Notes: generated by a model not told the origin, from the letters alone. Shown: positions 17,721 through 28,393, counted from the first letter of the stretch. The stretch: 64,000 nt of DNA from Patescibacteria group bacterium (GCA_038064735.1 JBBTSI010000003.1:21154-85153), one strand, 5' to 3'. Numbers and translations: made by a program.

Positions 17721-19238
17721 ATGGGAAAAGTGGATAATCAAATAATTATTGGCAGTTTTATAAAAAAATTAAGAGAAAAGCGTTCTCTGACTCAAGATGA
17801 GCTGACTCAAAGACTTAATACTTCTCAAAGTGCGGTGGCTCGTATTGAAAATGGTGGCCAAAATTTAACCGCTGGCGAACTTCTTAAAATCGGCGATGCT
17901 CTGGAACATAAAATAGTCTCTCTTTCCGATTCTATCGATTTCAAAATTTCCGGTGGTAAAAAACTTAAAGGAAGTATAAAGACAAACTTTTCTAAAAATG
18001 GAGCCATGGGGCTTTTGTGTGCTTCTCTTTTAAATCAAAATACAACTATTCTTCACGGTATACCGAGGATTGAAGAGGTGAGTAGAATGCTCGAAATATT
18101 TTCCGCTCTGGGAGTCAAATACAGATGGCTTAAAAAGCAGTCTTTGGAAATTAATCCTCCTAAAAATTTTAATAAAAACGGTCTGCTTCATTCTTCGGTT
18201 GCCAATGTCAGGTCAAGCCTTATGCTCATACCGGCCATGGTTCATCATTTCAAAAATTTCTCGTTGCTTCACTCTGGGGGTTGCAAGATGGGTGAGAGGA
18301 CTATATCAGCTCATCGTTTTGCTTTTGAAGATTTAGGTATTTCTATTAAAACTATGAATGATAGATACGGTATCTCTTCTGGATCTTTGAAAACAGCCGA
18401 TGTTGTCATGTATGAAGCTAGTGATACGGCTACCGAAAATGCCATAATGATAGCCGCTTTGATTCCTGGGAAAACGATAATACGATTTGCTCCGCCAAAT
18501 TATCAGGTACAGGAAGTTTGTTTTTTCTTGGAAAAATTGGGTGTAAAAATAGAAGGCATAGGTACTACTGATTTGATTGTTCATGGAATAAAAAAAATAA
18601 ACCAGAAGATTGAATATTATAATAGTGAAGACCCAATCGAATCGATGATGTTTTTGAGTGCTGCAATAGCAACAAATTCAAAACTGAAAATAGAAAGGTG
18701 CCCAATAGATTTTTTGCGTCTCGAATTAACCAAATTGAAAGCTATGGGTCTCATGTATAGTCTTTCAAAAGAATATCCAGCTCAAAATGGGAAAACTAAA
18801 CTGGTAGATATAACAGTGTTTCCTTCCAAATTAAAAGCTTTACGTGATAAAATCCATGCCCAGCCTTATCCGGGTATAAACTCAGACAATCTGCCATTTT
18901 TTGTACCAGTAGCTACCTTAGCTGAAGGGACGACCCTTATTCATGATTGGATGTGGGAGAATCGGGCTATATATTTTACTGAGCTCAATCGTTTAGGGGC
19001 TAATATTACTTTAGCCGATCCTCACCGAGTTTTTATAACTGGTCCGACCAAATTGAAACCTGCTCAAGTGGTTTGTCCGCCAGCTTTGCGCCCAGCTATG
19101 ATTATCCTTATCGCGATGCTTGCGGCTCCTGGTGTTTCTATATTGAGGAATGTTTATTCCATAAATCGTGGTTATGAAGATGTGGTTCAAAGATTGAATA
19201 GTATAGGTGCTTCAATAGAAAAAATCACAGGAGCTTGA
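17721..19238 (+). CDS. murA: UDP-N-acetylglucosamine 1-carboxyvinyltransferase with N-terminal XRE HTH
   Basis: HTH TQDEL..TSQSAVARIENG; SKNGA, GGCKMGER, RGYE motifs. Confidence 0.9.
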   Translation: MGKVDNQIIIGSFIKKLREKRSLTQDELTQRLNTSQSAVARIENGGQNLTAGELLKIGDALEHKIVSLSDSIDFKISGGKKLKGSIKTNFSKNGAMGLLCASLLNQNTTILHGIPRIEEVSRMLEIFSALGVKYRWLKKQSLEINPPKNFNKNGLLHSSVANVRSSLMLIPAMVHHFKNFSLLHSGGCKMGERTISAHRFAFEDLGISIKTMNDRYGISSGSLKTADVVMYEASDTATENAIMIAALIPGKTIIRFAPPNYQVQEVCFFLEKLGVKIEGIGTTDLIVHGIKKINQKIEYYNSEDPIESMMFLSAAIATNSKLKIERCPIDFLRLELTKLKAMGLMYSLSKEYPAQNGKTKLVDITVFPSKLKALRDKIHAQPYPGINSDNLPFFVPVATLAEGTTLIHDWMWENRAIYFTELNRLGANITLADPHRVFITGPTKLKPAQVVCPPALRPAMIILIAMLAAPGVSILRNVYSINRGYEDVVQRLNSIGASIEKITGA

Positions 19239-19282
19239 TTGTATAGCATATATGTGATAAATATAAATGCAGGGAGGGTTCT

Positions 19283-19450
19283 ATGAAAACCACAAAAGAT
19301 TTTGATCTTAAGGTTATAGATTATTTTAACACTACAAAACAGCTTCATCCTGAAGTCTGTGATTTGGATTCTGGTACCATTAGTGAACTTATTGATGCCA
19401 TACCAAAAGGAAATCAAGAACTCGTTTGTTTGTTAACAGGACTTTTGTAG
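19283..19450 (+). CDS. small hypothetical protein (55 aa)
   Basis: GGAGG SD; MKTTKDFDLK...LTGLL*; not in ORF track. Confidence 0.4.
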   Translation: MKTTKDFDLKVIDYFNTTKQLHPEVCDLDSGTISELIDAIPKGNQELVCLLTGLL

Positions 19451-19464
19451 AAAGGAGGTATGCA

Positions 19465-20196
19465 GTGATTCATGAGTTTATGAGTCGTCCTATACCGGAT
19501 CTGTCTCGTTTGCGGTCAGAAAAATCTGCATACCGAAACTATCCGATTTGTCCTATTTCTGAAAAATGTCTGAAAGTAAATAGCGGAATGTTGTGCCGAA
19601 GTTACTATTGGGATTATAAACCAAGGCCAGCTGGAGCAATAGAAGAGATTTTTTTGAGAAAGTCTTTTATTGCTAAATTAAAAGCTATTGATGAAGAACT
19701 TAATTCATTGGGGTTGAGACTTCTAATACAAGAGGGCTATAGACCACTTTTAGTTCAGCGTTTTGTTCAGGAAGTTTCTGTTTTGAAGGGTTTGAGAAAA
19801 GAAAATCCTAATCTCGGGGAAGCAGAACTTTTTGAGAAATTAAAAATGTTTGCTGCTTCAGCAGATATGGATTTACAACTTTCTCCACCACCTCATTTAA
19901 CAGGGGGTGTTGCTGATGTTAATCTAGTTTATTTGGAGACCGGGAAAGTTGTAGATATGGGTAAAAGAGGAGGTTTGTATAATACGGCTTTTCCTGATGC
20001 TTTGGAAAATTATAATTTCAAAACGATGGAACAACCAAAAAGATTCAGAAGGCTTCTTTTTTGGTTAGCTTTTGAACAAGGTATAACTACCAATCCTACG
20101 GAATGGTGGCATATTTCTTGGGGAGATCAAATGTGGGCGTGGATAACTAAATCATCATGCGCTATGTATGGTGCCGCCGATGATTTATTATCTTAA
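19465..20196 (+). CDS. D-Ala-D-Ala dipeptidase (VanX-like, peptidase M15)
   Basis: EGYRP, PHLTGGVAD, EWWH motifs; GGAGG SD before GTG. Confidence 0.8.
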   Translation: MIHEFMSRPIPDLSRLRSEKSAYRNYPICPISEKCLKVNSGMLCRSYYWDYKPRPAGAIEEIFLRKSFIAKLKAIDEELNSLGLRLLIQEGYRPLLVQRFVQEVSVLKGLRKENPNLGEAELFEKLKMFAASADMDLQLSPPPHLTGGVADVNLVYLETGKVVDMGKRGGLYNTAFPDALENYNFKTMEQPKRFRRLLFWLAFEQGITTNPTEWWHISWGDQMWAWITKSSCAMYGAADDLLS

Positions 20197-20198
20197 TA

Positions 20199-20226
20199 CG
20201 ACGGGTCTCAAATTTGAGACCCGTCG
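20199..20226. terminator. perfect 28-bp palindrome after the M15 peptidase
   Basis: CGACGGGTCTCAAATTTGAGACCCGTCG followed by a T-rich tract. Confidence 0.6.
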
Positions 20227-20265
20227 CTTTGTTTGGGATATTTTTTAATGTATTATAAGAATAAA

Positions 20266-21606
20266 ATGGAACTGAAAAATAAAAAAGTATTACTTATGGG
20301 ACTGGGGATATTGGGTGGTGGGGTGGCCACTGCTCGCTGGCTTGTAGAGCAGGGGGCAATTTTGACAGTTACTGATATGAAAAATGAAGAAATTCTCAAA
20401 CCTTCTCTGGAAAAGCTGAAAGATTTGGAAGGTAAAGCAAGGTTTGTATTAGGCCGCCACGAAGAAAAAGATTTTTTAGATAACGATATTATTGTTGTTA
20501 ATCCTGATGTCCCGGCTGATAATAAATTTGTAGAATTGGCGAGAAAAGCCGGAAAACAAATTGAGAACGAGCTTACACTCTTTTTCTCTCATTTGAAGAG
20601 TAAGAATGTCGTGGCTATTACCGGCACACGGGGCAAAACTACTACTACTAATTGGACTGCTCATTTTTTAAAAATGCATAATGTCGACACTTTTTTAGTC
20701 GGCAATTCCCCGGAAAAGCCTTTTTTGCAGGAAATTAAAAATATAAATGAAAATAGTTTGGTTGTATTGGAAGTTCCTTCTTATCATTTGGAAATCGTGA
20801 ACGGAAAAAATTTTAAACCTCATGTGGCAGTTATTACCAACCTTTATCGAGATCACATCAATCGTCATAAAACTATGGAAGAATACGCTTCTGCCAAAGC
20901 CAATATATTCAAAGGCCAAAATGAAGATGATTTTTTGATTTTGAATAAAGAAAATGAATGGACAGATTTTTTCTTTGGTCTCAAACCAAAATCACAAGTG
21001 ATTTTTTATGATGTGCAGGATAATTTTTCTCCTGAAGAAACAGAGGAGTTTTTAAAAAAATGGGGCGAACATAATTTACTCAATTTATTTGCTTCTGCCT
21101 CAGCCGCTCTGGCTATGGGGGTATCTGTTGAAGAAATTAAAACTCACATCAGTACTTTGCCTCAAATAAAATTCAGACAAGAAAAGGTTTTTGAAAATGA
21201 AAATTTAGCTATTTTTAACGATACCACCGCTACTTCACCTGAAGCCTCCATGGCAGCAATGGAGAGATTTGCGACAATGAATGAAAATTTGATTTTTATC
21301 GCTGGTGGTACAGATCGTGACCTTGAATTTAAGAAATGGGCGGAAGTTGTAGAAAAAAATATAAAACCCGAACAACTTATATTATTGTCTGGTAGTGCCA
21401 CCGAAAAAATGAAAAAAGAATTAGGTTGGGATAGTTTTAATGAGTTTGAAACCCTAAAAGAGTGCTTAAATAAAGCTTTGGAAATCGCTAAAGGGCAGGA
21501 TAAATCCAATATTGTTTTTTCACCTGGAGCCAAAAGTTTTGAAAAATTCAAAAACGAATTTGATAGGGGAGAGAAATTCAATCTTTTGGTTAAAGAAACG
21601 CTTTAA
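20266..21606 (+). CDS. murD: UDP-N-acetylmuramoyl-L-alanine--D-glutamate ligase
   Basis: GLGILGGG, ITGTRGKTTT, NDTTAT, FSPGAKSF..FKNEFDRG. Confidence 0.92.
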   Translation: MELKNKKVLLMGLGILGGGVATARWLVEQGAILTVTDMKNEEILKPSLEKLKDLEGKARFVLGRHEEKDFLDNDIIVVNPDVPADNKFVELARKAGKQIENELTLFFSHLKSKNVVAITGTRGKTTTTNWTAHFLKMHNVDTFLVGNSPEKPFLQEIKNINENSLVVLEVPSYHLEIVNGKNFKPHVAVITNLYRDHINRHKTMEEYASAKANIFKGQNEDDFLILNKENEWTDFFFGLKPKSQVIFYDVQDNFSPEETEEFLKKWGEHNLLNLFASASAALAMGVSVEEIKTHISTLPQIKFRQEKVFENENLAIFNDTTATSPEASMAAMERFATMNENLIFIAGGTDRDLEFKKWAEVVEKNIKPEQLILLSGSATEKMKKELGWDSFNEFETLKECLNKALEIAKGQDKSNIVFSPGAKSFEKFKNEFDRGEKFNLLVKETL

Positions 21607-21660
21607 ATAAAGCTTGGATTTAGATTGCGTCAAATTTCATTTCGTGTTACCATATACCCC

Positions 21661-21816
21661 ATGTCACAAGATCAGCTTATAAGATTGGTAAATAAGGACA
21701 CCAAGGAGGTGTATTTTACGCGCAAAAATAAGCGTAAAGTAGAGCGTAAGATAGAACTCAAAAAATACTCTAAAAAACTCCGCAAAAGGATAGTTTTCAA
21801 AGAAGCTAAAAAATAA
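21661..21816 (+). CDS. rpmG: 50S ribosomal protein L33 (Zn-free type)
   Basis: YFTRKNKR...IELKKYSKKLRKRIVFKE. Confidence 0.9.
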   Translation: MSQDQLIRLVNKDTKEVYFTRKNKRKVERKIELKKYSKKLRKRIVFKEAKK

Positions 21817-21942
21817 GATGCTGTGCATCTTGTTTCAACTACATTCGGATAAAATAAAAATGAATTTTTACTTTACTCCTCATTTGTTGAAATAAAATCA
21901 AAACTAGCCCAATTGGGCTATTTTTGTTATTATTCTTGAGCT

Positions 21943-22014
21943 GGGCTTATAGTTTCAATGGTAAAACATTCCTCTCCAAAAGGAAGGTTCCCCGTTCGAG
22001 TCGGGGTGAGCCCG
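21943..22014 (+). tRNA. tRNA-Trp(CCA)
   Basis: TTCCT-CT CCA AA-AGGAA; GGGCTTA/TGAGCCC acceptor. Confidence 0.93.
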
Positions 22015-22075
22015 CAAATATATAAATAGAAAGGGCTCTGTTTTTTAAACAAAGCCCTTTACAAAACAAACCATC

Positions 22076-22198
22076 TTACTTACGATGTTTACCGAGTTTA
22101 CAGAAGCGTCGTTGGTCACGATATCTTTCGACCAATCCCTGCCACATAAGCGCAAATCTTAATGCCCCCAACATGTCGAGTTCAAGAATTGTCAGCAT
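22076..22198 (-). CDS. small hypothetical protein (40 aa)
   Basis: GAGGT SD; MLTILELDMLGALRFALMWQG...HRK*. Confidence 0.3.
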   Translation of the reverse strand: MLTILELDMLGALRFALMWQGLVERYRDQRRFCKLGKHRK

Positions 22199-22279
22199 AG
22201 GTACCTCTTTCTGGTTCCTGTTTTGAACAATAATTCTTCCAGATATAAATCATACATCGTTTTGGATTTTAGTCAAAGC

Positions 22280-23179
22280 TCAAAATTTTTCAGTAATTTT
22301 TTTGATTTTTGTAATTTCTTTCGGATTAAACCAATTTATTTTTTTATCCCGTTTGAACCAAGTGTTTTGACGCTTAGCATACTGCAAAGTTTCAGTCTGC
22401 ATTCTCTGAAGCATCTCAATTTTTGAAATTTTGTTTTGTAAAAATAAAGAAACTATTTTATATTCCAAACCTATTTCTGCCATTCTTTTCCAAGATAAGC
22501 CTTTTTTGTGTAAATTTTGCACTTCTTTCAGAAGTCCTTGTTTGAACCATTTTTTGATTCTTTTATTTATTTTTTCTTTCAATTCTTCATTTTCAGTTTT
22601 AATTCCTATTTTCAAGACGTTATACGTCTTGTCCCGCGAAGCTTTAGCGAAGTGGGACGGTACCTTTCCTATTGCTTCACAAATCTCAATCGCCCTTACC
22701 AACCGTCTCGGATTTTTTGCATCAATATTTTTAGCTCTGTCAGGGTCTAGATCTCGCAAAATTTTAAAAAGTTCTTCGGTTGTTTTCTTTTCTAATTTTT
22801 CTCGCAGTTTAAGATTTGGTGGCACTTCTGGTATCTGTTTATCTCCAAGTACTGCATCGATATAAAATCCTGTCCCACCACAAATAACAGGCACTTTTTT
22901 ATCGTTTAAAATTTTTTGAATTTCTGTTTCAGCAAGTTTTTTAAAGTCAGAAGCTGAAAATCTTTTTTTGGGAGAAACCACATCAAGCAAATAATGCTTT
23001 ACTCCCAACATTTCTTTTTTAGTAATCTTACCTGTACCAATATTCAGCCCTTTATAAACTTGCCTTGAGTCAGCCGAAATCACCTCACCATTAATTTTTT
23101 TGGCGAGCTTAACCGCGATATCACTCTTGCCACTAGCCGTCGGCCCTAGTACTACTATGATTTTAGGTTTCTCTGACAT
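22280..23179 (-). CDS. miaA: tRNA dimethylallyltransferase
   Basis: GPTASGKS, SADSRQVY, GGTGFY, YAKRQNTWF. Confidence 0.96.
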   Translation of the reverse strand: MSEKPKIIVVLGPTASGKSDIAVKLAKKINGEVISADSRQVYKGLNIGTGKITKKEMLGVKHYLLDVVSPKKRFSASDFKKLAETEIQKILNDKKVPVICGGTGFYIDAVLGDKQIPEVPPNLKLREKLEKKTTEELFKILRDLDPDRAKNIDAKNPRRLVRAIEICEAIGKVPSHFAKASRDKTYNVLKIGIKTENEELKEKINKRIKKWFKQGLLKEVQNLHKKGLSWKRMAEIGLEYKIVSLFLQNKISKIEMLQRMQTETLQYAKRQNTWFKRDKKINWFNPKEITKIKKITEKF

Positions 23180-23417
23180 AGCTAAATCTTGGACCTTTGT
23201 AAGGGATTTCGGGTTTGTCTACTTCTTCTAGAAACATTTTGGCTGGTCTCACCCAAAGCTTATGTTCTCCGTACAAAGCCCTGTAAATTACAATAGGTTC
23301 TTGAGTTTCGGAATCAGTCGCAACCTCTTCTACTATGTATTCATTACCTTTGAAGTGTTTGTAGATACCCTTTTGTATACCTTCAATTGAAGTTTTTGTT
23401 TCTGGTGAATTTTCCAT
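23163..23417 (-). CDS. DUF1653 domain protein
   Basis: GIYKHFKG..Y, YRALYG, LWVRP..MF, RF; start moved downstream of tRNA-Leu. Confidence 0.85.
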   Translation of the reverse strand: MENSPETKTSIEGIQKGIYKHFKGNEYIVEEVATDSETQEPIVIYRALYGEHKLWVRPAKMFLEEVDKPEIPYKGPRFSYVRET

Positions 23418-23430
23418 ATTTTTAAAACTG

Positions 23431-23511
23431 TGCCGGGGAGAGGACTTGAACCTCCAAGCCTTGCGGCGCACGATTTTGAGTCGTGTGCGGTTACCATTTC
23501 GCCACCCCGGC
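23431..23511 (-). tRNA. tRNA-Leu(CAA)
   Basis: CACGA-CT CAA AA-TCGTG; long variable arm. Confidence 0.95.
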
Positions 23512-23606
23512 ATTTCGAAAATATACCTATCAAATATAGCGCAAATATCCCCTAAAATCAAAACTTTGAACTTTTGTTTTTGTCTTTTGTGATGTAAAAT
23601 ATGATT

Positions 23607-24581
23607 ATGCAAAATATTTCAAATTTTTATCAAAACTCAATATTTTGGGTGGAGGTGGATAAAATAAAACCAAATCCATTTCAGCCAAGACGTGAATTTG
23701 ACGAAGAGGCTTTGAAAGCTTTATCTGATTCTATTAAACAATATGGTGTGCTTCAAGCGTTAGTGGTGACTCGTAAAGAATATGAAAAAGAAGATGGAGG
23801 TTTGGCTGTGGAATACGAGCTTATTGCTGGAGAACGCAGATTGCGCGCTTCCAAATTGGCTGGGCTTTTGCAGGTGCCGGTGATTATCCGTAACGGAGAA
23901 GGAGATGACAATCGGGACGATTTGATGAAGCTTGAACTGGCTATTATTGAAAATGTGCAAAGGGAGGATTTGAATCCAGTGGAACGGGCCAAAGCTTTCA
24001 AAAAATTGGCAGATCAGTTTGGGTTTAAACATCATCAAATCGCTTTGAAAATAGGCAAGAGCCGAGTTTATGTCACCAACTCTATGCGCATTTTGGATTT
24101 GCCAGAAGAGATGCTCACCGCTCTTTCCGAAGGCAAAATTAACGAAGGCCACACCAGACCACTCCTTATGCTTATCGAAAGGCCGGAAGAACAGAAGGTG
24201 CTTTTCCAAGATATTATGATGCACAAAATGAACGTTCGCGATGCCGAACTGGCCGCGCGCAAAATTGCTATTGAAAGAGTTAGGAAATTTAACGCTTCAG
24301 TTGATCCGGAAATCTGCGCTTTGGAAGAGAAGTTTGCCGAATCTTTAGGTACTAGAGTGAGAATTGAAAAGAAAGAAAATGGCGGCAAACTCATGATTGA
24401 ATTTTTCTCTAATGATGATTTGCAAGATATTTTAAATATGCTAAATCAAAATGTTACCCCGATTGATGATAGAGCGCCGGAAGAAATAAAAAAAGATGAA
24501 AACACGCCGATTCCCGACAAAGTAGAAGCGGAGGCTAAAGAGGAGGAAGATTTGTATTCCATCAAAAATTTTAGTATCTAA
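23607..24581 (+). CDS. parB: chromosome partitioning protein ParB
   Basis: NPFQPRREF, IAGERRLRA, IIENVQREDL; alternative start 23601. Confidence 0.93.
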   Translation: MQNISNFYQNSIFWVEVDKIKPNPFQPRREFDEEALKALSDSIKQYGVLQALVVTRKEYEKEDGGLAVEYELIAGERRLRASKLAGLLQVPVIIRNGEGDDNRDDLMKLELAIIENVQREDLNPVERAKAFKKLADQFGFKHHQIALKIGKSRVYVTNSMRILDLPEEMLTALSEGKINEGHTRPLLMLIERPEEQKVLFQDIMMHKMNVRDAELAARKIAIERVRKFNASVDPEICALEEKFAESLGTRVRIEKKENGGKLMIEFFSNDDLQDILNMLNQNVTPIDDRAPEEIKKDENTPIPDKVEAEAKEEEDLYSIKNFSI

Positions 24582-26041
24582 TTTTTTTCTAAAGCAGTGC
24601 GGATGTGGCGTTTGGCCATGGTGGTTTTGCAATGTTCAATCCATTTTCTATTTGGTTTTGAGCTTTTTTTGGTTTCAATTTCCACTCTGTCTCCGTTTTG
24701 TAATATGGTGAAAATAGCCACAAATTTTCCATTTACTTTTGCTCCGGATATGTGATTGCCAACATCGGAATGAATCATATAAGCGAAATCTATAACCGAT
24801 GAATCTATCGGCAAATCAATGACGTCGCCATGCGGGGTGAAAACGAAAATCCTCTCTTCCAAAATATCTTTTTTAATATCATCCAAAAATTTGTTGCCAC
24901 TGGCTTCTTGATATTTGACCAGTTCTTTAATCCAGTAAGGAATATCAATAGAATTTTGGCCTGGTAACATATTTTTTATCCAAGATAAGCTGTTTTTTCC
25001 AGCCCCAGCAGTTTTTTCTTTGTAAGAGATATGGGAAGCGATGCCAAATTCAGCTTCTTTATCGATCTCCTCAGTTCTTATTTGGACTTCAATGATGCCA
25101 CCATCTCCGGAAAAAACAGTAGTGTGAATGGAACGGTAACCGTTTGGTTTTGGGGAAGCTATATAGTCTTTGATACGGCCTGGAAGTGGTCTCCATGAAC
25201 CATGAATGATGCCTAATATTCTGTAACAATCGGAAATTTCCGGTACGGTGATCCGGAGAGCCGAAACATCATAAATATTTTCTATGTTGCCTTCGTATTT
25301 TTGTAATTTTTTGTAAAGTGAATAAAGGCTTTTGACTCGGTAATCTATCTTAAAATTTGTGACATTATTTTTTACCAATTCTTTCTTTATTTCTTTTTGA
25401 AATTTATCCAATAAGGTTTCCTGCTCTTCTTTTTTAGCTTTGAAAAGTTGTTTGATATTTTCGTATTCTTTTGGATAGACATAAATGAAAGCCGTATCCT
25501 CAAGGTCTCTTTGTAGTTTTTTGATACCGAGTCTATAAGCCAGAGGCGCAAATATTTCTAGAGTTTCTTTGGCTATGCGCGATTGTTTTTCTTTTGGGAT
25601 ATGTTCTAAAGTTTGAATATTGTGAAGACGGTCACAGAGTTTGATGATGAGGACTCTTATATCTTTTGACATTGCTCCAAAAAGTTTCCTGAGCGATTCA
25701 TTGTATCTATTTGTCCCTATATATCTGATTGTTCCGAGTTTGGTGACTCCCTCAACCAAGAAAAGAATTTCTTTACCAAATTCTTTTTCTATTTCTTCGC
25801 GAGATATGCCGACATCTTCCATACTGTCATGCAAAAATCCAGCTACTATAGTCGTCGTACTCATTCCAAGTTCGGCTATGTTTTTGGCTGTCGCAAAGAG
25901 GTGGTTGAAGTAAGGCTCACCACTGAGACGAACATGGCCTTGGTGGGCTTTTAAAGCAAAATCATAGGCTTTTTGGATGAGTTCCAAATCTTCTTTGGTC
26001 GGATCTTGCATAAGAGAGATAATTTCTTTTATATCAGGCAT
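24578..26041 (-). CDS. relA: RelA/SpoT family (p)ppGpp synthetase/hydrolase (HD, SYNTH, TGS)
   Basis: RLSGEPYFNH, LHD, DRLHN, KDYIASPKPNGYRSIHT, EVQIRT, TGS domain. Confidence 0.9.
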   Translation of the reverse strand: MPDIKEIISLMQDPTKEDLELIQKAYDFALKAHQGHVRLSGEPYFNHLFATAKNIAELGMSTTTIVAGFLHDSMEDVGISREEIEKEFGKEILFLVEGVTKLGTIRYIGTNRYNESLRKLFGAMSKDIRVLIIKLCDRLHNIQTLEHIPKEKQSRIAKETLEIFAPLAYRLGIKKLQRDLEDTAFIYVYPKEYENIKQLFKAKKEEQETLLDKFQKEIKKELVKNNVTNFKIDYRVKSLYSLYKKLQKYEGNIENIYDVSALRITVPEISDCYRILGIIHGSWRPLPGRIKDYIASPKPNGYRSIHTTVFSGDGGIIEVQIRTEEIDKEAEFGIASHISYKEKTAGAGKNSLSWIKNMLPGQNSIDIPYWIKELVKYQEASGNKFLDDIKKDILEERIFVFTPHGDVIDLPIDSSVIDFAYMIHSDVGNHISGAKVNGKFVAIFTILQNGDRVEIETKKSSKPNRKWIEHCKTTMAKRHIRTALEKN

Positions 26042-26197
26042 GTTATCATTTTAATGAAATTTAGACAAAAAGAAAGCCGAGTTAATCTCGGCTTTTGTTT
26101 TTGCGATTTTGGTAAATCGCGATTGGTACAAAGAGAATCAAAATAAAAATCCATCCGGCGACAGTTTCCATATGGCTTCTCCTTTTGAATTAATATA

Positions 26198-28393
26198 CTA
26201 TACTTTTCTTTTTCTGCCAAAGGTGCGTTTTTTCTTTTCTTCTGCCAAAATTTCTAGAGCGCGGGGCAGCTCAATAGTATAAACATCATCTGTTTTGAGC
26301 GAGCGGAAATCTTTTTGGTGGACTATGTAAGGGCCAAATCTGCCGATATTGGCACTTATCATTTCTCCAGTTATCGGGTGTTTACCTAATTCTCTAGGTA
26401 GACTCAAATATTTGATGGCTTCAGTCAGAGTGACTTCGCTTGGATTTTTTTCTTTTGGAATACTGGAACGGCGTGGTTTTTTATTTTTTTCATCTTTTAC
26501 ACCGAGTTGGACATAAGGGCCAAACCGGCCATCCATTACGAAGACTGGAAGTCCACTAGTCGGGTCTTCACCTATCGCTTCCGCCTCTTTGATTTCGGAA
26601 CCGTCAATATTTCTCATGCCTTTGCAATTTGGGAATTTTTCGCAACTCAAAAATTTACCTCCTCGTCCGAGTTTTATGATCATGCTTGCACCGCAAACTG
26701 GGCATTTGAGTTTGGGATCGGCGTCCCCAAGAGTTGTTAGTTTGGCGGTCTTTTCTTTTTCTTTGACGTCTTTGGAAAAGGGTTTGTAAAATTCCCTCAG
26801 TGTTGGCTCATACTCTCTTTCTCCATTTGCGATTTGGTCCAACTCATCTTCCATTTCGGCGGTGAAAGTGTCGCTGATATAATCTTTAAAATTATCTTCC
26901 AAAAAAGTGGAAACCACATCGCCGGTGTCAGTTGGTTTGAGAGTCCGGCCATCTTTTTCTACATAACCTCTTTCTATAATAGTGCCAATAATGGAAGCAT
27001 AAGTAGAAGGCCTACCGATACCACGTTTTTCCAACTCTTTGATGAGGCCAGCTTCGCTGTAGCGGTTTGGTGGTTCAGTTTGTTTTTCTTCATTATTTAA
27101 ATTAAGAAGAGAGAGTGGCTCTGAGGCTTTGACCCTGGGTAAAATAACATCTTCACCTTTAGCTGCTGGGTCTGCCAAAAGCCAACCTTCAGATATAACT
27201 CTTGAACCAGTAGCAGAAAAATTTGGAATGTTGCCAACGTCGGACATCGGCAAAATTTTGGTGATTATTTTGGTACGCATCATGAGAGCATCTTGCATCT
27301 GGCTAGCGATAGCTTTTTGCCAAATCAATCTATACAATTCTTTTTGATCGTCAGTGGTACCGCAATTTTCTTTATCAAAATGAGTTGGGCGGATAGCTTC
27401 ATGAGCTTCTTGAGCGTTTTTGGATTTGGTTTTATAAGTTCGAAATTGATGCAATGTGTTGCCATATTTTTTCTCCACCACACCTTTTATCTGCTCCAAA
27501 GCTACCTGAGCCATATTCAAACTATCAGTACGCATATAAGTGATGTGACCAGCTTCATAAAGTTTTTGGGCGGTCATCATGGTACGCTTCGGTGAAAAGC
27601 CTAAGCGAGTCGAAGCTGATTGCTGGAGAGTTGAAGTGGTGAAAGGTGGTTTGGGTGCTCTCTTGACTTCAGTCTCCGTCACATCTTTCACTGTCCAATG
27701 GGCATCTTTGGCGATGTTGTAAATCTCATCAGCTTCTTTTTTGGTTTTCGGTTCTTCTTCGCAAAAAGCTGTAAATTTTTCTTTTTTGCCTGTTTCCAAT
27801 TCTGCGGAAATTACGAAATAAGTCTCTGGCTTAAAAGCTCTGATCTCTCTTTCTTTTTCCATAATGATACGCAAAGCGGGGGACTGGACTCTACCAGCAG
27901 AAAGTCCGTATCGCACTTTTTTCCAAATCAAACCAGAGAGATCATAACCTACCAGTCTATCCAAAACCCTTCTGGCCTCTTGAGCCTTTCTCAAATTTTG
28001 GTCTATCTTGCGCGGATGCTTTAGCGCTTCTTCAATAGCCTCTTTGGTAATCTCATGATAAGTCACTCTTTTAATATCTTTATTTTTTTTCTTTCCGTCA
28101 GAAATTAATTCAGCCAAGTGCCAAGCGATAGCCTCACCTTCACGGTCGGGGTCGGTAGCGAGCAGTATTTCATCAGCTTTCTCTGCTAACTTTTTTATAT
28201 CAGCTACGACATGTTCTTTGCCTTTGGAAATTTCATAATGCGGAATAAAACCACCTTCTATATCAATGGCTTTTTTGTTGGATTTTGGCAAGTCGCGCAC
28301 ATGCCCGACGCTTGCCACCACTTCATATGCATCGCCAATATATTTTCCGATGGTCTTGGCTTTGGCTGGTGATTCTACAATTAATAATTTCAT
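26198..28393 (-). CDS. topA: DNA topoisomerase I
   Basis: IVESPAKAKTI, ATDPDREGE, SAGRVQS, ITYMRTD. Confidence 0.97.
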   Translation of the reverse strand: MKLLIVESPAKAKTIGKYIGDAYEVVASVGHVRDLPKSNKKAIDIEGGFIPHYEISKGKEHVVADIKKLAEKADEILLATDPDREGEAIAWHLAELISDGKKKNKDIKRVTYHEITKEAIEEALKHPRKIDQNLRKAQEARRVLDRLVGYDLSGLIWKKVRYGLSAGRVQSPALRIIMEKEREIRAFKPETYFVISAELETGKKEKFTAFCEEEPKTKKEADEIYNIAKDAHWTVKDVTETEVKRAPKPPFTTSTLQQSASTRLGFSPKRTMMTAQKLYEAGHITYMRTDSLNMAQVALEQIKGVVEKKYGNTLHQFRTYKTKSKNAQEAHEAIRPTHFDKENCGTTDDQKELYRLIWQKAIASQMQDALMMRTKIITKILPMSDVGNIPNFSATGSRVISEGWLLADPAAKGEDVILPRVKASEPLSLLNLNNEEKQTEPPNRYSEAGLIKELEKRGIGRPSTYASIIGTIIERGYVEKDGRTLKPTDTGDVVSTFLEDNFKDYISDTFTAEMEDELDQIANGEREYEPTLREFYKPFSKDVKEKEKTAKLTTLGDADPKLKCPVCGASMIIKLGRGGKFLSCEKFPNCKGMRNIDGSEIKEAEAIGEDPTSGLPVFVMDGRFGPYVQLGVKDEKNKKPRRSSIPKEKNPSEVTLTEAIKYLSLPRELGKHPITGEMISANIGRFGPYIVHQKDFRSLKTDDVYTIELPRALEILAEEKKKRTFGRKRKV

